Of a DNA stretch of 64,000 nt, positions 45,762 through 56,730 are shown one piece after another. The notes beneath the pieces are model-generated. The model was given only the letters and a program-made list of their open reading frames with translations, made no database searches and was not told the origin of the DNA. Location of the stretch: NCBI RefSeq assembly GCF_055900595.2, contig NZ_CM148325.1; one strand, written 5' to 3'. The position numbers and the translations under genes are program-made. Every line of letters begins with the position of its first letter. Positions within the stretch are counted from its first letter, which is position 1.

Positions 45762-46639
45762 AATTCCCTCTCTGTGGTGTTCTGCGGCTGTTCCCATAGC
45801 TGCCAGACGCCTTCAACGCCTGCGGGCAGCCAGAGTTTACGACCCAGTTCGATCCACGGACATGGCTGATGAAAATCAGATCCTTGTGATGCCCATAAAT
45901 GATGCTGACGCGCAAGTGTCGCCAGCTGGGTGCGTTCATTGGGCGATTGCTGGCACTGCGCGACTTCCATCGCGTCGCCGTGGTGTTCGGCAAAATGCGC
46001 AACCAATCTTTTCAGCCATTTAGCACTAAGATTGTACCGCCCAGGATGAGCTAGCACCGCCTTACCGCCAGAATGATGAATGACATCAATAGCTTGTTCT
46101 ATTGTACACCACTGTGGCGGAACGTATCCGGTTTTCCCGCGCGCCAGATATTTTTTAAAGATATCCGCCATTGAACTGGCTTTGCCACATTCAACCAAGA
46201 AACGAGCAAAATGACCGCGCGTCACCGCACCGCCCTGCGCCAGTCGTTGCGCGCCTTCCAGCGCCCCAGGTATTTGCGCTTTTTCCAGTCTTTCAGCAAT
46301 TAACTTCGCCCGCTGATTGCGCCGTTCTGTCTGCTGCGCGAGGAACTCACACATTAGCGGATGAGTAATATCAATATTCAGCCCGACAATATGAATTTCA
46401 TGATTTTCCCAGACGGTGGATATTTCCACGCCAGGAATAAGATTCAGTGCCAGTCCTGAACGTGAAATTTCTTCTCTTGCTGGCGCGATTGCCGCTGTGG
46501 TGTCATGGTCGGTGATCGCCAGGGTGCCGACGCGCATCTCGACTGCACGGTGCACCAATGCTTCTGGCGTCAGGCAGCCATCGGAAGCTGTGGTATGGCT
46601 GTGCAGGTCATAAATCACTGCGTAATTCGTGTCGCTCAA
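45758..46639 (-). CDS. trpH: PHP-domain 5-prime-3-prime exoribonuclease/phosphoesterase
   Basis: PHP motif YDLHSHTTASDG; a start at TTG 46639 gives 293 aa; the upstream ORF extension would overrun the trp promoter. Confidence 0.8.
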   Translation of the reverse strand: MSDTNYAVIYDLHSHTTASDGCLTPEALVHRAVEMRVGTLAITDHDTTAAIAPAREEISRSGLALNLIPGVEISTVWENHEIHIVGLNIDITHPLMCEFLAQQTERRNQRAKLIAERLEKAQIPGALEGAQRLAQGGAVTRGHFARFLVECGKASSMADIFKKYLARGKTGYVPPQWCTIEQAIDVIHHSGGKAVLAHPGRYNLSAKWLKRLVAHFAEHHGDAMEVAQCQQSPNERTQLATLARQHHLWASQGSDFHQPCPWIELGRKLWLPAGVEGVWQLWEQPQNTTEREL

Positions 46640-46713
46640 GGCGCACTCCCGTTTTGGATAATGTTTTTGCGCCGACATCATAACGGTTCTGGCAAATATT
46701 CTGAAATGAGCTG

Positions 46714-46748
46714 TTGACAATTAATCATCGAACTAGTTAACTAGTACG
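46714..46748 (+). promoter_or_regulatory. trp promoter with TrpR operator
   Basis: TTGACA (46714-46719), TTAACT -10 (46737-46742), operator palindrome cgaactagttaactagtacg matching the textbook trp promoter/operator. Confidence 0.9.
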
Positions 46749-46775
46749 CAAGTTCACGTAAAAAGGGTATCGACA

Positions 46776-46820
46776 ATGAAAGCGATTTTCGTACTGAAAG
46801 GTTGGTGGCGCACTTCCTGA
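46776..46820 (+). CDS. trpL: trp operon leader peptide
   Basis: atgaaagcgattttcgtactgaaaggttggtggcgcacttcctga encodes [14 protein letters not shown] with tandem Trp codons. Confidence 0.92.
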
Positions 46821-46862
46821 AACGGGCAGTGTATTCACCATGCGTAAAGCAACCAGATACCC

Positions 46863-46890
46863 AGCCCGCCTAATGAGCGGGCTTTTTTTT
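46863..46890 (+). terminator. trp attenuator
   Basis: agcccgcctaatgagcgggc hairpin followed by T8. Confidence 0.9.
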
Positions 46891-46911
46891 GAACAAAATT
46901 AGAGAATAACA

Positions 46912-48474
46912 ATGCAAACACAAAAACCGACTCTCGAACTGTTAACCTGCGAAGGTGCTTATCGCGATAATCCGACCGCGCTTTTTCATCAGTTGTGTGG
47001 GGATCGTCCGGCAACGCTGCTGCTGGAATCCGCAGATATCGACAGCAAGGATGATTTAAAAAGCCTGCTGCTGGTGGACAGTGCGCTGCGCATTACAGCA
47101 TTAGGTGACACTGTCACTATTCAGGCACTTTCCGGCAATGGCGAAGCTCTGCTGGCATTACTGGATAACGCCCTGCCTGCGGGTGTGGAAAATGAACAAT
47201 CACCAAACTGCCGCGTGCTGCGCTTCCCTCCTGTCAGTCCATTGCTGGATGAAGACGCCCGCTTATGCTCCCTTTCGGTTTTTGACGCTTTCCGCTTATT
47301 GCAGAATCTGTTGAATGTACCGAAGGAAGAACGGGAAGCGATGTTCTTTGGCGGCCTGTTCTCTTATGACCTTGTGGCGGGGTTTGAAGATTTACCGCAA
47401 CTGGCAGCGGAAAATAACTGCCCTGATTTCTGTTTTTATCTCGCTGAAACGCTGATGGTTATCGATCATCAGAAAAAAAGTACCCGTATTCAGGCCAGCC
47501 TGTTTGGTCAAAATGAAGAAGAAAAACAACGTCTCACTGCTCGCCTGAACGAACTTCGCCAGCAACTGACCGAAACCGCGCCACCGCTGCCGGTAGTTTC
47601 CGTGCCGCATATGCATTGTGAATGTAATCAGAGCGATGAAGAGTTCGGTGGCGTAGTGCGTTCGTTGCAAAAAGCGATTCGCGCCGGAGAAATTTTCCAG
47701 GTCGTGCCATCTCGCCGTTTCTCGCTGCCCTGCCCGTCACCGCTGGCGGCCTATTACGTGCTGAAAAAGAGTAATCCCAGCCCATACATGTTTTTTATGC
47801 AGGATAATGATTTCACCCTGTTTGGTGCGTCGCCGGAAAGTTCGCTCAAGTATGACGCCACCAGCCGCCAGATTGAGATCTACCCGATTGCCGGAACACG
47901 TCCACGAGGACGTCGCGCCGATGGTTCACTGGACAAAGACCTCGACAGCCGCATTGAACTGGAGATGCGTACCGACCATAAAGAGCTTTCTGAACATCTG
48001 ATGCTGGTGGATCTCGCCCGAAATGACCTTGCGCGCATTTGCACTCCTGGCAGCCGCTACGTTGCCGATCTGACCAAAGTTGACCGTTACTCTTACGTGA
48101 TGCATCTCGTCTCCCGCGTGGTCGGTGAGCTGCGCCACGATCTTGACGCCCTGCACGCTTACCGCGCCTGTATGAACATGGGTACGTTAAGCGGTGCCCC
48201 GAAAGTGCGCGCCATGCAGTTAATTGCCGAAGCGGAAGGTCGTCGACGCGGCAGCTACGGCGGTGCGGTAGGTTATTTCACCGCACATGGCGATCTGGAC
48301 ACCTGCATTGTCATCCGTTCGGCGCTGGTGGAAAACGGTATCGCCACCGTGCAAGCCGGTGCTGGCGTAGTCCTTGATTCTGTTCCGCAGTCGGAAGCCG
48401 ACGAAACCCGTAATAAAGCCCGCGCTGTACTGCGCGCTATCGCCACCGCGCATCATGCACAGGAGACTTTCTGA
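46912..48474 (+). CDS. trpE: anthranilate synthase component I
   Basis: 520-aa chorismate-binding enzyme translation; first structural gene after the attenuator. Confidence 0.95.
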   Translation: MQTQKPTLELLTCEGAYRDNPTALFHQLCGDRPATLLLESADIDSKDDLKSLLLVDSALRITALGDTVTIQALSGNGEALLALLDNALPAGVENEQSPNCRVLRFPPVSPLLDEDARLCSLSVFDAFRLLQNLLNVPKEEREAMFFGGLFSYDLVAGFEDLPQLAAENNCPDFCFYLAETLMVIDHQKKSTRIQASLFGQNEEEKQRLTARLNELRQQLTETAPPLPVVSVPHMHCECNQSDEEFGGVVRSLQKAIRAGEIFQVVPSRRFSLPCPSPLAAYYVLKKSNPSPYMFFMQDNDFTLFGASPESSLKYDATSRQIEIYPIAGTRPRGRRADGSLDKDLDSRIELEMRTDHKELSEHLMLVDLARNDLARICTPGSRYVADLTKVDRYSYVMHLVSRVVGELRHDLDALHAYRACMNMGTLSGAPKVRAMQLIAEAEGRRRGSYGGAVGYFTAHGDLDTCIVIRSALVENGIATVQAGAGVVLDSVPQSEADETRNKARAVLRAIATAHHAQETF

Positions 48475-50069
48475 TGGCTGACATTCTGCTGCTCGATAAT
48501 ATCGACTCTTTTACTTATAACCTGGCAGATCAGTTGCGCAGCAATGGACATAACGTGGTGATTTACCGCAACCATATCCCAGCGCAAACATTAATTGAAC
48601 GTCTGGCGACCATGAGCAATCCGGTGCTGATGCTTTCTCCTGGCCCCGGAGTGCCGAGCGAAGCCGGTTGTATGCCGGAACTCCTCACCCGCTTGCGCGG
48701 CAAGCTGCCAATTATCGGCATTTGCCTCGGTCATCAGGCGATTGTCGAAGCTTACGGGGGCTATGTCGGTCAGGCGGGCGAAATTCTTCACGGTAAAGCG
48801 TCGAGCATTGAACATGATGGTCAGGCGATGTTTGCCGGATTAACAAACCCGCTGCCAGTGGCGCGTTATCACTCGCTGGTTGGCAGTAATATTCCGGCCG
48901 GTTTAACCATCAACGCCCATTTTAATGGCATGGTGATGGCGGTGCGTCATGATGCGGATCGCGTTTGTGGATTCCAGTTCCATCCGGAATCCATTCTCAC
49001 CACCCAGGGCGCTCGCCTGCTGGAACAAACGCTGGCCTGGGCACAACAGAAGCTGGAGCCGACCAACACACTGCAACCAATTCTGGAAAAACTGTATCAG
49101 GCGCAGACGCTTAGCCAACAAGAAAGCCACCAGCTGTTTTCAGCGGTGGTGCGTGGCGAGCTGAAACCGGAACAACTGGCGGCTGCATTGGTCAGCATGA
49201 AAATTCGCGGCGAGCACCCGAACGAAATCGCCGGGGCAGCAACTGCCCTTCTGGAAAATGCTGCGCCGTTCCCACGCCCTGATTATCTGTTTGCCGATAT
49301 CGTCGGCACCGGCGGTGACGGCAGCAACAGTATCAATATTTCTACCGCCAGTGCGTTTGTCGCCGCTGCCTGTGGGCTGAAAGTGGCGAAACACGGTAAC
49401 CGCAGCGTCTCCAGTAAATCCGGCTCGTCGGATCTGCTGGCGGCATTCGGTATTAATCTTGATATGAACGCCGATAAATCGCGCCAGGCGCTGGATGAGT
49501 TAGGCGTCTGTTTCCTCTTTGCGCCGAAATATCACACCGGATTTCGCCATGCGATGCCGGTTCGCCAGCAACTGAAAACCCGCACCCTGTTCAACGTGCT
49601 GGGGCCACTGATTAACCCGGCGCATCCGCCGCTGGCGCTAATTGGTGTCTACAGCCCGGAACTGGTGCTGCCAATTGCCGAAACCTTGCGCGTGCTGGGG
49701 TATCAACGCGCAGCGGTGGTGCACAGCGGGGGGATGGATGAAGTTTCATTACACGCGCCGACAATCGTTGCCGAACTGCATGACGGCGAAATTAAGAGCT
49801 ATCAGTTGACCGCTGAAGATTTTGGCCTGACACCCTACCATCAGGAGCAACTGGCAGGCGGAACACCGGAAGAAAACCGTGACATTTTAACACGCTTGTT
49901 ACAAGGTAAAGGCGACGCAGCCCATGAAGCAGCTGTCGCGGCGAATGTCGCCATGTTAATGCGCCTGCATGGCCAGGAAGATCTGCAAACCAATGCGCAA
50001 ACCGTTCTTGAGGTACTGCGCAGTGGTTCCGCTTACGACAGAGTCACCGCACTGGCGGCACGAGGGTAA
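48474..50069 (+). CDS. trpD: anthranilate synthase component II / anthranilate phosphoribosyltransferase
   Basis: 531 aa; glutamine amidotransferase N-terminal domain fused to phosphoribosyltransferase; TGATG overlap with trpE. Confidence 0.95.
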   Translation: MADILLLDNIDSFTYNLADQLRSNGHNVVIYRNHIPAQTLIERLATMSNPVLMLSPGPGVPSEAGCMPELLTRLRGKLPIIGICLGHQAIVEAYGGYVGQAGEILHGKASSIEHDGQAMFAGLTNPLPVARYHSLVGSNIPAGLTINAHFNGMVMAVRHDADRVCGFQFHPESILTTQGARLLEQTLAWAQQKLEPTNTLQPILEKLYQAQTLSQQESHQLFSAVVRGELKPEQLAAALVSMKIRGEHPNEIAGAATALLENAAPFPRPDYLFADIVGTGGDGSNSINISTASAFVAAACGLKVAKHGNRSVSSKSGSSDLLAAFGINLDMNADKSRQALDELGVCFLFAPKYHTGFRHAMPVRQQLKTRTLFNVLGPLINPAHPPLALIGVYSPELVLPIAETLRVLGYQRAAVVHSGGMDEVSLHAPTIVAELHDGEIKSYQLTAEDFGLTPYHQEQLAGGTPEENRDILTRLLQGKGDAAHEAAVAANVAMLMRLHGQEDLQTNAQTVLEVLRSGSAYDRVTALAARG

Positions 50070-51431
50070 ATGATGCAAACCGTTTTAGCGAAAATCGTCG
50101 CAGACAAGGCGATTTGGGTAGAAGCCCGCAAACAGCAGCAACCGCTGGCCAGTTTTCAGAATAAGGTTCAGCCGAGCACGCGACATTTTTATGATGCGCT
50201 ACAGGGTGCACGCACGGCGTTTATTCTGGAGTGCAAGAAAGCGTCGCCGTCAAAAGGCGTGATACGTGATGATTTCGATCCGGCACGCATTGCCGCCATT
50301 TATAAGCATTACGCTTCGGCAATTTCTGTACTGACTGATGAGAAATATTTCCAGGGGAGCTTTGATTTCCTCCCCATCGTCAGCCAAATCGCCCCGCAAC
50401 CGATTTTATGTAAAGACTTTATTATCGACCCTTACCAGATCTATCTGGCGCGCTATTACCAGGCCGATGCCTGTTTATTAATGCTGTCGGTGCTGGACGA
50501 CGATCAGTATCGCCAGCTCGCTGCTGTAGCCCACAGTCTGGAGATGGGCGTGCTGACCGAAGTCAGTAATGAAGAGGAGCTGGAGCGCGCCATTGCATTG
50601 GGAGCAAAAGTCGTTGGCATTAACAACCGCGATCTGCGTGATTTGTCGATTGATCTTAACCGTACCCGCGAGCTTGCGCCGAAACTGGGGCACAACGTGA
50701 CGGTAATCAGCGAATCCGGCATCAATACTTACGCCCAGGTGCGTGAGTTAAGCCACTTCGCTAACGGCTTTCTGATTGGTTCGGCGCTAATGGCCCATGA
50801 TGATTTGAACGCCGCCGTGCGCCGGGTGTTGCTGGGTGAGAATAAAGTGTGTGGTCTGACGCGTGGGCAAGATGCTAAAGCAACTCATGACGCGGGCGCG
50901 ATTTACGGTGGATTGATATTTGTTACAACGTCACCCCGTTGCGTCAGCGTTGAACAGGCGCAGGAAGTGATGGCTGCGGCACCGTTGCAATACGTTGGCG
51001 TGTTCCGCAATCACGATATTGCCGATGTGGTGGACAAAGCTAAGGTGTTATCGCTGGCGGCAGTGCAACTGCATGGTAATGAAGATCAGCTGTATATCGA
51101 CACTCTGCGTGAGGCTCTGCCAGCAAACGTCGCCATCTGGAAGGCTTTAAGTGTCGGTGAAACTCTTCCCGCGCGCGATTTTCAGCACATCGATAAATAT
51201 GTATTCGACAACGGTCAGGGCGGGAGCGGACAACGTTTCGACTGGTCACTGTTAAACGGTCAATCGCTTGGCAACGTTCTGCTGGCGGGTGGCTTAGGCG
51301 CAGATAACTGCGTGGAAGCGGCACAAACCGGCTGCGCCGGGCTTGATTTTAATTCTGCTGTAGAGTCGCAACCGGGCATCAAAGACGCACGTCTTTTGGC
51401 CTCGGTTTTCCAGACGCTGCGCGCATATTAA
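50070..51431 (+). CDS. trpC: indole-3-glycerol phosphate synthase / phosphoribosylanthranilate isomerase
   Basis: 453-aa bifunctional translation. Confidence 0.95.
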   Translation: MMQTVLAKIVADKAIWVEARKQQQPLASFQNKVQPSTRHFYDALQGARTAFILECKKASPSKGVIRDDFDPARIAAIYKHYASAISVLTDEKYFQGSFDFLPIVSQIAPQPILCKDFIIDPYQIYLARYYQADACLLMLSVLDDDQYRQLAAVAHSLEMGVLTEVSNEEELERAIALGAKVVGINNRDLRDLSIDLNRTRELAPKLGHNVTVISESGINTYAQVRELSHFANGFLIGSALMAHDDLNAAVRRVLLGENKVCGLTRGQDAKATHDAGAIYGGLIFVTTSPRCVSVEQAQEVMAAAPLQYVGVFRNHDIADVVDKAKVLSLAAVQLHGNEDQLYIDTLREALPANVAIWKALSVGETLPARDFQHIDKYVFDNGQGGSGQRFDWSLLNGQSLGNVLLAGGLGADNCVEAAQTGCAGLDFNSAVESQPGIKDARLLASVFQTLRAY

Positions 51432-51442
51432 GGAAAGGAACA

Positions 51443-52636
51443 ATGACAACATTACTTAACCCGTATTTTGGTGAGTTTGGCGGCATGTACGTGCCACAAA
51501 TCCTGATGCCTGCTCTGCGCCAGCTGGAAGAAGCTTTTGTCAGCGCGCAAAAAGATCCTGAATTTCAGGCCCAGTTCAACGACCTGCTGAAAAACTATGC
51601 CGGGCGCCCAACCGCGCTGACCAAATGTCAGAACATTACAGCCGGCACTAACACTACGCTGTATCTGAAGCGTGAAGATTTACTGCACGGTGGCGCGCAT
51701 AAAACTAACCAGGTGCTCGGTCAAGCTTTACTGGCGAAGCGGATGGGTAAAACTGAAATCATTGCCGAAACCGGTGCAGGTCAGCATGGCGTGGCTTCTG
51801 CGCTTGCCAGCGCCCTGCTCGGCCTGAAATGCCGTATTTATATGGGTGCCAAAGACGTTGAACGCCAGTCGCCTAACGTTTTTCGTATGCGCTTGATGGG
51901 TGCGGAAGTGATCCCGGTGCATAGCGGTTCCGCGACGCTGAAAGATGCCTGTAACGAGGCGCTACGCGACTGGTCCGGCAGTTATGAAACCGCGCACTAT
52001 ATGCTGGGCACTGCAGCTGGCCCGCATCCTTACCCGACCATTGTGCGTGAGTTTCAGCGGATGATTGGCGAAGAAACGAAAGCGCAGATTCTGGAAAGAG
52101 AAGGTCGTCTGCCGGATGCCGTTATTGCTTGTGTTGGCGGCGGTTCGAATGCCATCGGCATGTTTGCTGATTTCATCAACGAAACCGACGTCGGGCTGAT
52201 CGGCGTGGAGCCTGGTGGTCACGGTATCGAAACTGGCGAGCACGGCGCACCGTTAAAACATGGTCGCGTGGGCATCTATTTCGGTATGAAAGCGCCAATG
52301 ATGCAAACCGAAGACGGGCAGATTGAAGAATCTTACTCGATTTCTGCCGGACTGGATTTCCCGTCAGTCGGCCCGCAACACGCTTATCTCAACAGCATTG
52401 GACGCGCTGATTATGTGTCAATCACCGATGATGAAGCTCTGGAAGCCTTCAAAACGCTGTGCCTGCACGAAGGGATTATCCCGGCGCTGGAATCCTCCCA
52501 CGCGCTGGCCCACGCACTGAAAATGATGCGCGAAAACCCGGAAAAAGAGCAGCTACTGGTGGTTAACCTTTCCGGTCGCGGCGATAAAGACATCTTCACC
52601 GTTCACGATATTTTGAAAGCACGAGGGGAAATCTGA
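51443..52636 (+). CDS. trpB: tryptophan synthase beta chain
   Basis: 397 aa; PLP-enzyme translation. Confidence 0.95.
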   Translation: MTTLLNPYFGEFGGMYVPQILMPALRQLEEAFVSAQKDPEFQAQFNDLLKNYAGRPTALTKCQNITAGTNTTLYLKREDLLHGGAHKTNQVLGQALLAKRMGKTEIIAETGAGQHGVASALASALLGLKCRIYMGAKDVERQSPNVFRMRLMGAEVIPVHSGSATLKDACNEALRDWSGSYETAHYMLGTAAGPHPYPTIVREFQRMIGEETKAQILEREGRLPDAVIACVGGGSNAIGMFADFINETDVGLIGVEPGGHGIETGEHGAPLKHGRVGIYFGMKAPMMQTEDGQIEESYSISAGLDFPSVGPQHAYLNSIGRADYVSITDDEALEAFKTLCLHEGIIPALESSHALAHALKMMRENPEKEQLLVVNLSGRGDKDIFTVHDILKARGEI

Positions 52637-53442
52637 TGGAACGCTATGAATCTCTGTTTGCCCAACTGAAGGAGCGCAAAGAAGGCGCATTCGTTCCTTT
52701 CGTCACCCTCGGTGATCCGGGCATTGAGCAGTCGCTGAAAATTATCGATACGCTAATTGAAGCCGGTGCTGACGCGCTGGAGTTAGGTATCCCCTTCTCC
52801 GACCCACTGGCAGATGGTCCGACGATTCAAAACGCCACACTGCGTGCTTTTGCGGCGGGAGTAACCCCGGCGCAGTGCTTTGAGATGCTGGCACTCATTC
52901 GCCAGAAGTACCCGACCATTCCGATCGGCCTTTTGATGTATGCCAACCTGGTGTTTAACAAAGGCATTGATGAGTTTTATGCCCAGTGCGAAAAAGTCGG
53001 CGTCGATTCGGTGCTGGTTGCCGATGTGCCCGTGGAAGAGTCTGCGCCCTTCCGCCAGGCCGCGTTGCGCCATAATGTCGCACCTATCTTTATTTGCCCG
53101 CCGAATGCCGACGAGGATTTGCTGCGCCAGATTGCCTCTTATGGCCGTGGTTACACCTATTTATTGTCGCGTGCGGGCGTGACCGGAGCTGAAAACCGCG
53201 CCGCGTTACCTCTCAATCATCTGGTTGCGAAGCTGAAAGAGTACAACGCTGCGCCTCCATTGCAAGGATTTGGTATTTCCGCCCCGGATCAGGTAAAAGC
53301 AGCGATTGATGCAGGAGCTGCGGGCGCGATTTCTGGTTCGGCAATTGTTAAAATCATCGAGCAACATATTAATGAGCCAGAGAAAATGCTGGCGGTACTG
53401 AAAGCTTTTGTACAACCGATGAAAACAGCGACGCGCAGTTAA
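52636..53442 (+). CDS. trpA: tryptophan synthase alpha chain
   Basis: 268 aa; overlaps the trpB stop. Confidence 0.95.
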   Translation: MERYESLFAQLKERKEGAFVPFVTLGDPGIEQSLKIIDTLIEAGADALELGIPFSDPLADGPTIQNATLRAFAAGVTPAQCFEMLALIRQKYPTIPIGLLMYANLVFNKGIDEFYAQCEKVGVDSVLVADVPVEESAPFRQAALRHNVAPIFICPPNADEDLLRQIASYGRGYTYLLSRAGVTGAENRAALPLNHLVAKLKEYNAAPPLQGFGISAPDQVKAAIDAGAAGAISGSAIVKIIEQHINEPEKMLAVLKAFVQPMKTATRS

Positions 53443-53449
53443 TCCCACA

Positions 53450-53476
53450 GCCGCCAGTTCCGCTGGCGGCATTTTA
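53450..53476 (+). terminator. trp operon terminator
   Basis: gccgccag ttcc gctggcggc hairpin followed by atttt, just after the trpA stop. Confidence 0.8.
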
Positions 53477-53822
53477 ACTATCTTTAATGAAGCAGGAAAA
53501 ATCCTAAATTCATTTATTATTTATCTTTTTACCGTTTCGCTTACCCCTGACGTACGTCAACTTACGTCATTTTTCCGCCCAAAAGTAATATAATCAAACA
53601 AATTAATCCCGCAACAAAACACTACTAAAATCAATAATTTTCTCTAACCCACTTATTTCTTGGGTATTTATGAATATATCGAAAGTTTTTTTCAAAATAT
53701 ATTTTTCACATTCCTTCTCACTTTGCTCAATTTGACTAATCCTCATTACCGACTAATTTTAATGAGTGTCGACACACAACACTCATATTTATGAAACAAT
53801 ACAACGCAACGGGAGAAATAAC

Positions 53823-54002
53823 ATGGCCGAACATCGTGGTGGTTCAGGAAATTTCGCCGAAGATCGTGAGAAGGCATCAGACGCAGGCCGTAAAGGCGGT
53901 CAACACAGCGGCGGTAATTTTAAAAATGATCCGCAACGCGCATCCGAAGCGGGTAAAAAAGGCGGTCAGCACAGCGGTGGAAATAAATCAGGAAAATCCT
54001 GA
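53823..54002 (+). CDS. yciG: KGG-repeat general stress protein
   Basis: ORF trimmed to MAEHRGGSGNFAEDREKASDAGRKGGQHSGGNFKNDPQRASEAGKKGGQHSGG..., 59 aa. Confidence 0.8.
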   Translation: MAEHRGGSGNFAEDREKASDAGRKGGQHSGGNFKNDPQRASEAGKKGGQHSGGNKSGKS

Positions 54003-54093
54003 TCCGCCGTTAATTATTAATATCAGCTGACGTTGATAAAGATAATTGCATCTGCGGGCCGTATGGCTCGCAGTGATTTCACTGGAGAAAAAT

Positions 54094-54594
54094 ATGAATA
54101 TGAAGTCCATTGAAGATGTATTTATTCACCTGCTTTCAGACACCTACAGTGCAGAAAAACAATTAACACGGGCACTAGCAAAACTCGCCAGAGCAACATC
54201 AAACGAAAAATTAAGTCAGGCTTTTCATGCACACCTCGAGGAAACTCATGGACAGATTGAACGTATTGATCAAGTTGTGGAGTCCGAATCGAACCTGAAA
54301 ATTAAGCGCATGAAATGTGTGGCAATGGAAGGTCTCATTGAAGAAGCTAATGAGGTCATCGAAAGCACCGAGAAAAACGAAGTGCGTGATGCCGCACTGA
54401 TTGCCGCTGCACAGAAAGTCGAGCACTATGAGATCGCCAGTTACGGGACCTTAGCGACGCTGGCTGAACAATTAGGTTATCGTAAAGCAGCGAAGCTTCT
54501 GAAAGAAACCCTGGAAGAAGAAAAGGCCACCGACATCAAATTGACTGATCTGGCCCTTAATAACGTAAATAAGAAAGCCGAAAATAAAGCCTGA
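54094..54594 (+). CDS. yciF: DUF892/ferritin-like stress protein
   Basis: ORF trimmed to MNMKSIEDVFIHLLSDTY..., 166 aa. Confidence 0.85.
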   Translation: MNMKSIEDVFIHLLSDTYSAEKQLTRALAKLARATSNEKLSQAFHAHLEETHGQIERIDQVVESESNLKIKRMKCVAMEGLIEEANEVIESTEKNEVRDAALIAAAQKVEHYEIASYGTLATLAEQLGYRKAAKLLKETLEEEKATDIKLTDLALNNVNKKAENKA

Positions 54595-54639
54595 AATATG
54601 AACTTTAACTTTTAGTCATTTTATAAAGAGGACATTTTC

Positions 54640-55146
54640 ATGAATCGTATTGAACATTATCATGACTGGTTACGTGACGCCCACGCAATGGAAAAGCAAG
54701 CCGAATCTATGCTTGAATCCATGGCCAGCCGCATAGATAATTATCCTGAGCTACGCGCTCGTATTGAACAACATCTTAGTGAAACCAAAAACCAGATTGT
54801 ACAACTGGAAACTATTCTTGATCGTAATGACATTTCACGCTCAGTCATTAAAGATTCTATGAGTAAAATGGCTGCACTTGGGCAGTCAATCGGTGGTATA
54901 TTCCCTTCTGATGAAATAGTCAAAGGCTCTATTAGCGGATATGTCTTCGAGCAATTTGAAATCGCCTGTTATACCTCACTCTTAGCAGCAGCAAAAAATG
55001 CCGGTGATACAGCCTCAATTCCGATTATCGAAGCGATTTTAAATGAGGAAAAGCAAATGGCCGACTGGCTGATTCAGCATATTCCGCAAACAACGGAGAA
55101 ATTTTTAATTCGCTCTGAAACTGATGGCGTAGAAGCGAAGAAATAA
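54640..55146 (+). CDS. yciE: DUF892/ferritin-like stress protein
   Basis: 168-aa YciF paralogue immediately downstream. Confidence 0.85.
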   Translation: MNRIEHYHDWLRDAHAMEKQAESMLESMASRIDNYPELRARIEQHLSETKNQIVQLETILDRNDISRSVIKDSMSKMAALGQSIGGIFPSDEIVKGSISGYVFEQFEIACYTSLLAAAKNAGDTASIPIIEAILNEEKQMADWLIQHIPQTTEKFLIRSETDGVEAKK

Positions 55147-55170
55147 TACCCTTTATACCATGTCCTTATT

Positions 55171-55196
55171 GACCCCGTAATTACGGGGTCATTTTT
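55171..55196. terminator. bidirectional terminator between yciE and the ompW remnant
   Basis: gaccccgtaa / ttacggggtc perfect hairpin followed by atttttg. Confidence 0.75.
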
Positions 55197-55204
55197 GTGC
55201 GGAA

Positions 55205-55321
55205 TTAAAAACGATATCCTGCTGAGAACATAAACACCCACGGATCAAGACGTACGCTATCGTGTTGCTGCGCACCACCCAGCTTATAATTTGCGGTGGT
55301 GTCAATATCCATGTACCAGAC
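55205..55321 (-). pseudogene. ompW: 3-prime fragment of ompW (last ~38 codons)
   Basis: Reverse-strand translation ...VWYMDIDTTANYKLGGAQQHDSVRLDPWVFMFSAGYRF-stop matches the OmpW C-terminus as I recall it; no upstream ompW sequence beyond about 55321. Confidence 0.8.
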
Positions 55322-55660
55322 TGGCAGGTTTTAAAAAATCAAATAAGATATTGTATCTGAAAGAAAAAACAGGATTTTGAGATGCTTTTTTATACCGTTT
55401 TTCAGCGTTTTTAACTGCCTGATTTTATTGAAATCTTTTTTAGTTTTGCAGAAAGGATTTTTTGATCGATTGCTTTAATTTTATACATTCCTGATAACGG
55501 AAATTTTTTACCCGTTGACAGTTTTTATCCTCCGGGGCTATATTTCCAACGCGTCAGCAAAATCTGGCGTCGGGATTGGAACCCCGGATGTTTACGGAGC
55601 GATATGAGACGCGCCCGCGTCTTTTTTCATATCGTTTGCACAGTCACATTCGCGATTTAT

Positions 55661-55737
55661 GGCGGGCTGTGTGGGGGAGCCGAAAGGCTCGCCGGTTTCC
55701 GTACCCGGTAGTTCCAACCCCGCACAGTTCGCCACCA
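55661..55737 (+). other. structured element 1 (tRNA/tmRNA-3-prime-like, ends CCACCA)
   Basis: 77 nt; 13-bp outer stem GGCGGGCTGTGTG / CGCACAGTTCGCC (with G-U pairs) enclosing a GAGCC-GAAA-GGCTC hairpin; shares a 26-nt core with element 2. Confidence 0.4.
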
Positions 55738-55791
55738 TGATGATTGGAACCTGAAGGTGGCGATAATTTTCAAATGTACGGAGTTATCGTT

Positions 55792-56352
55792 ATGCCCACT
55801 CAAATTTCTGTCGACACTCTTCCTGCAATCACCCACAACCAGGTCCCCGTTATTACAACTGAACTTCTGGCGCAGTTATACGGAACAAAAATCAAAAACA
55901 TTTCTGATAACTTTCTGAACAACACGACGCGATTCGTGGTAGGAAAGCATTACTTTAAAATTGAAAAAAACGAATTACGCGAGTTTAAGAACAGACCCGA
56001 AACAATCGGGTTAGTTGGTAAAAATGCCCGCTCCCTTATCCTCTGGACAGAACGTGGCGCAGCCCGCCATGCCAAAATGCTCGAAACCGATCAGGCATGG
56101 GAAGTGTTCGAAAAACTGGAAGACTGTTATTTCAGCCAAAAACAACCACCAGCAACACAAAACTCACCCACCCCAAATGATGGATGCGCATTACTGATCC
56201 ACTTTGATAAACACGGTCAGGTAGAGTTCACAGAAAAAGTCCCCGCCGATGCGATGGTATGCACTCTGGAACGGTTTAAATTTTATCTGGAGCAACACGG
56301 CTGGCTCGTTGCCCGTAAAGAACAACTGGTGGAAAGGCTGATGCAGCTTTAG
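55792..56352 (+). CDS. phage antirepressor-like protein with N-terminal ORF6N/KilA-N-type domain
   Basis: Start taken at the ATG with GGAG RBS; translation ...VPVITTELLAQLYGTKIKNISDNFLNNTTRFVVGKHYFKIEKNELREF... resembles ORF6N-family phage proteins. Confidence 0.6.
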   Translation: MPTQISVDTLPAITHNQVPVITTELLAQLYGTKIKNISDNFLNNTTRFVVGKHYFKIEKNELREFKNRPETIGLVGKNARSLILWTERGAARHAKMLETDQAWEVFEKLEDCYFSQKQPPATQNSPTPNDGCALLIHFDKHGQVEFTEKVPADAMVCTLERFKFYLEQHGWLVARKEQLVERLMQL

Positions 56353-56402
56353 CAGATATAACAAGTGTTTTTTCTCGTATGCACGCGCACATATGAATTA
56401 TT

Positions 56403-56459
56403 GTGGGGCGCATGGGGGAGCCGAAAGGCTCGCCGGTTCAACTCCCGCCAGCTCCACCA
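56403..56459 (+). other. structured element 2 with ssrA (tmRNA) 3-prime-end-like sequence
   Basis: Core tgggggagccgaaaggctcgccggtt shared with element 1; last 25 nt GGTTCAACTCCCGCCAGCTCCACCA match my recollection of the tmRNA 3-prime terminus; followed by a T5 run. Confidence 0.45.
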
Positions 56460-56584
56460 TTTTTGACAGGACTGCAACCGGACATCGACAATAAAAACAG
56501 ATAATTACGGACACTGACCAGACAACAAACAGACCTGAACAAGACAAAAATATACACGTGAAATGCACGTGCACTTTATAAAAA

Positions 56585-56612
56585 CCCCAGATTTCACAGT
56601 CTGGGGTTTTTC
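56585..56612 (+). terminator. rho-independent terminator
   Basis: ccccagatttcacagtctgggg hairpin followed by ttttt. Confidence 0.6.
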
Positions 56613-56665
56613 TGTTTGTAAATAATGGTAACAAAAACACATCACCTTTTGGCGTTCCGTTCCTC

Positions 56666-56715
56666 TTGACACTGTTTATCCATACAGTTAAAAATAACAC
56701 TGTATACAAACACAG
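56666..56715 (+). promoter_or_regulatory. promoter with LexA (SOS) box upstream of the dinI-like gene
   Basis: TTGACA at 56666-56671, AT-rich -10 near 56689-56695, CTGT-N8-ACAG box ctgtatacaaacacag at 56700-56715, about 15 bp before the start codon. Confidence 0.65.
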
Positions 56716-56730
56716 TGTAGAGGGATTTTT

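Noticed and set aside
55661-55737. Element 1 as a genuine tRNA gene
   Set aside because: It ends in CCACCA and is 77 nt, but folds into a 13-bp outer stem rather than a 7-bp acceptor stem with D, anticodon and T arms; I could not build a cloverleaf, so it is reported only as a tRNA/tmRNA-like structured element.
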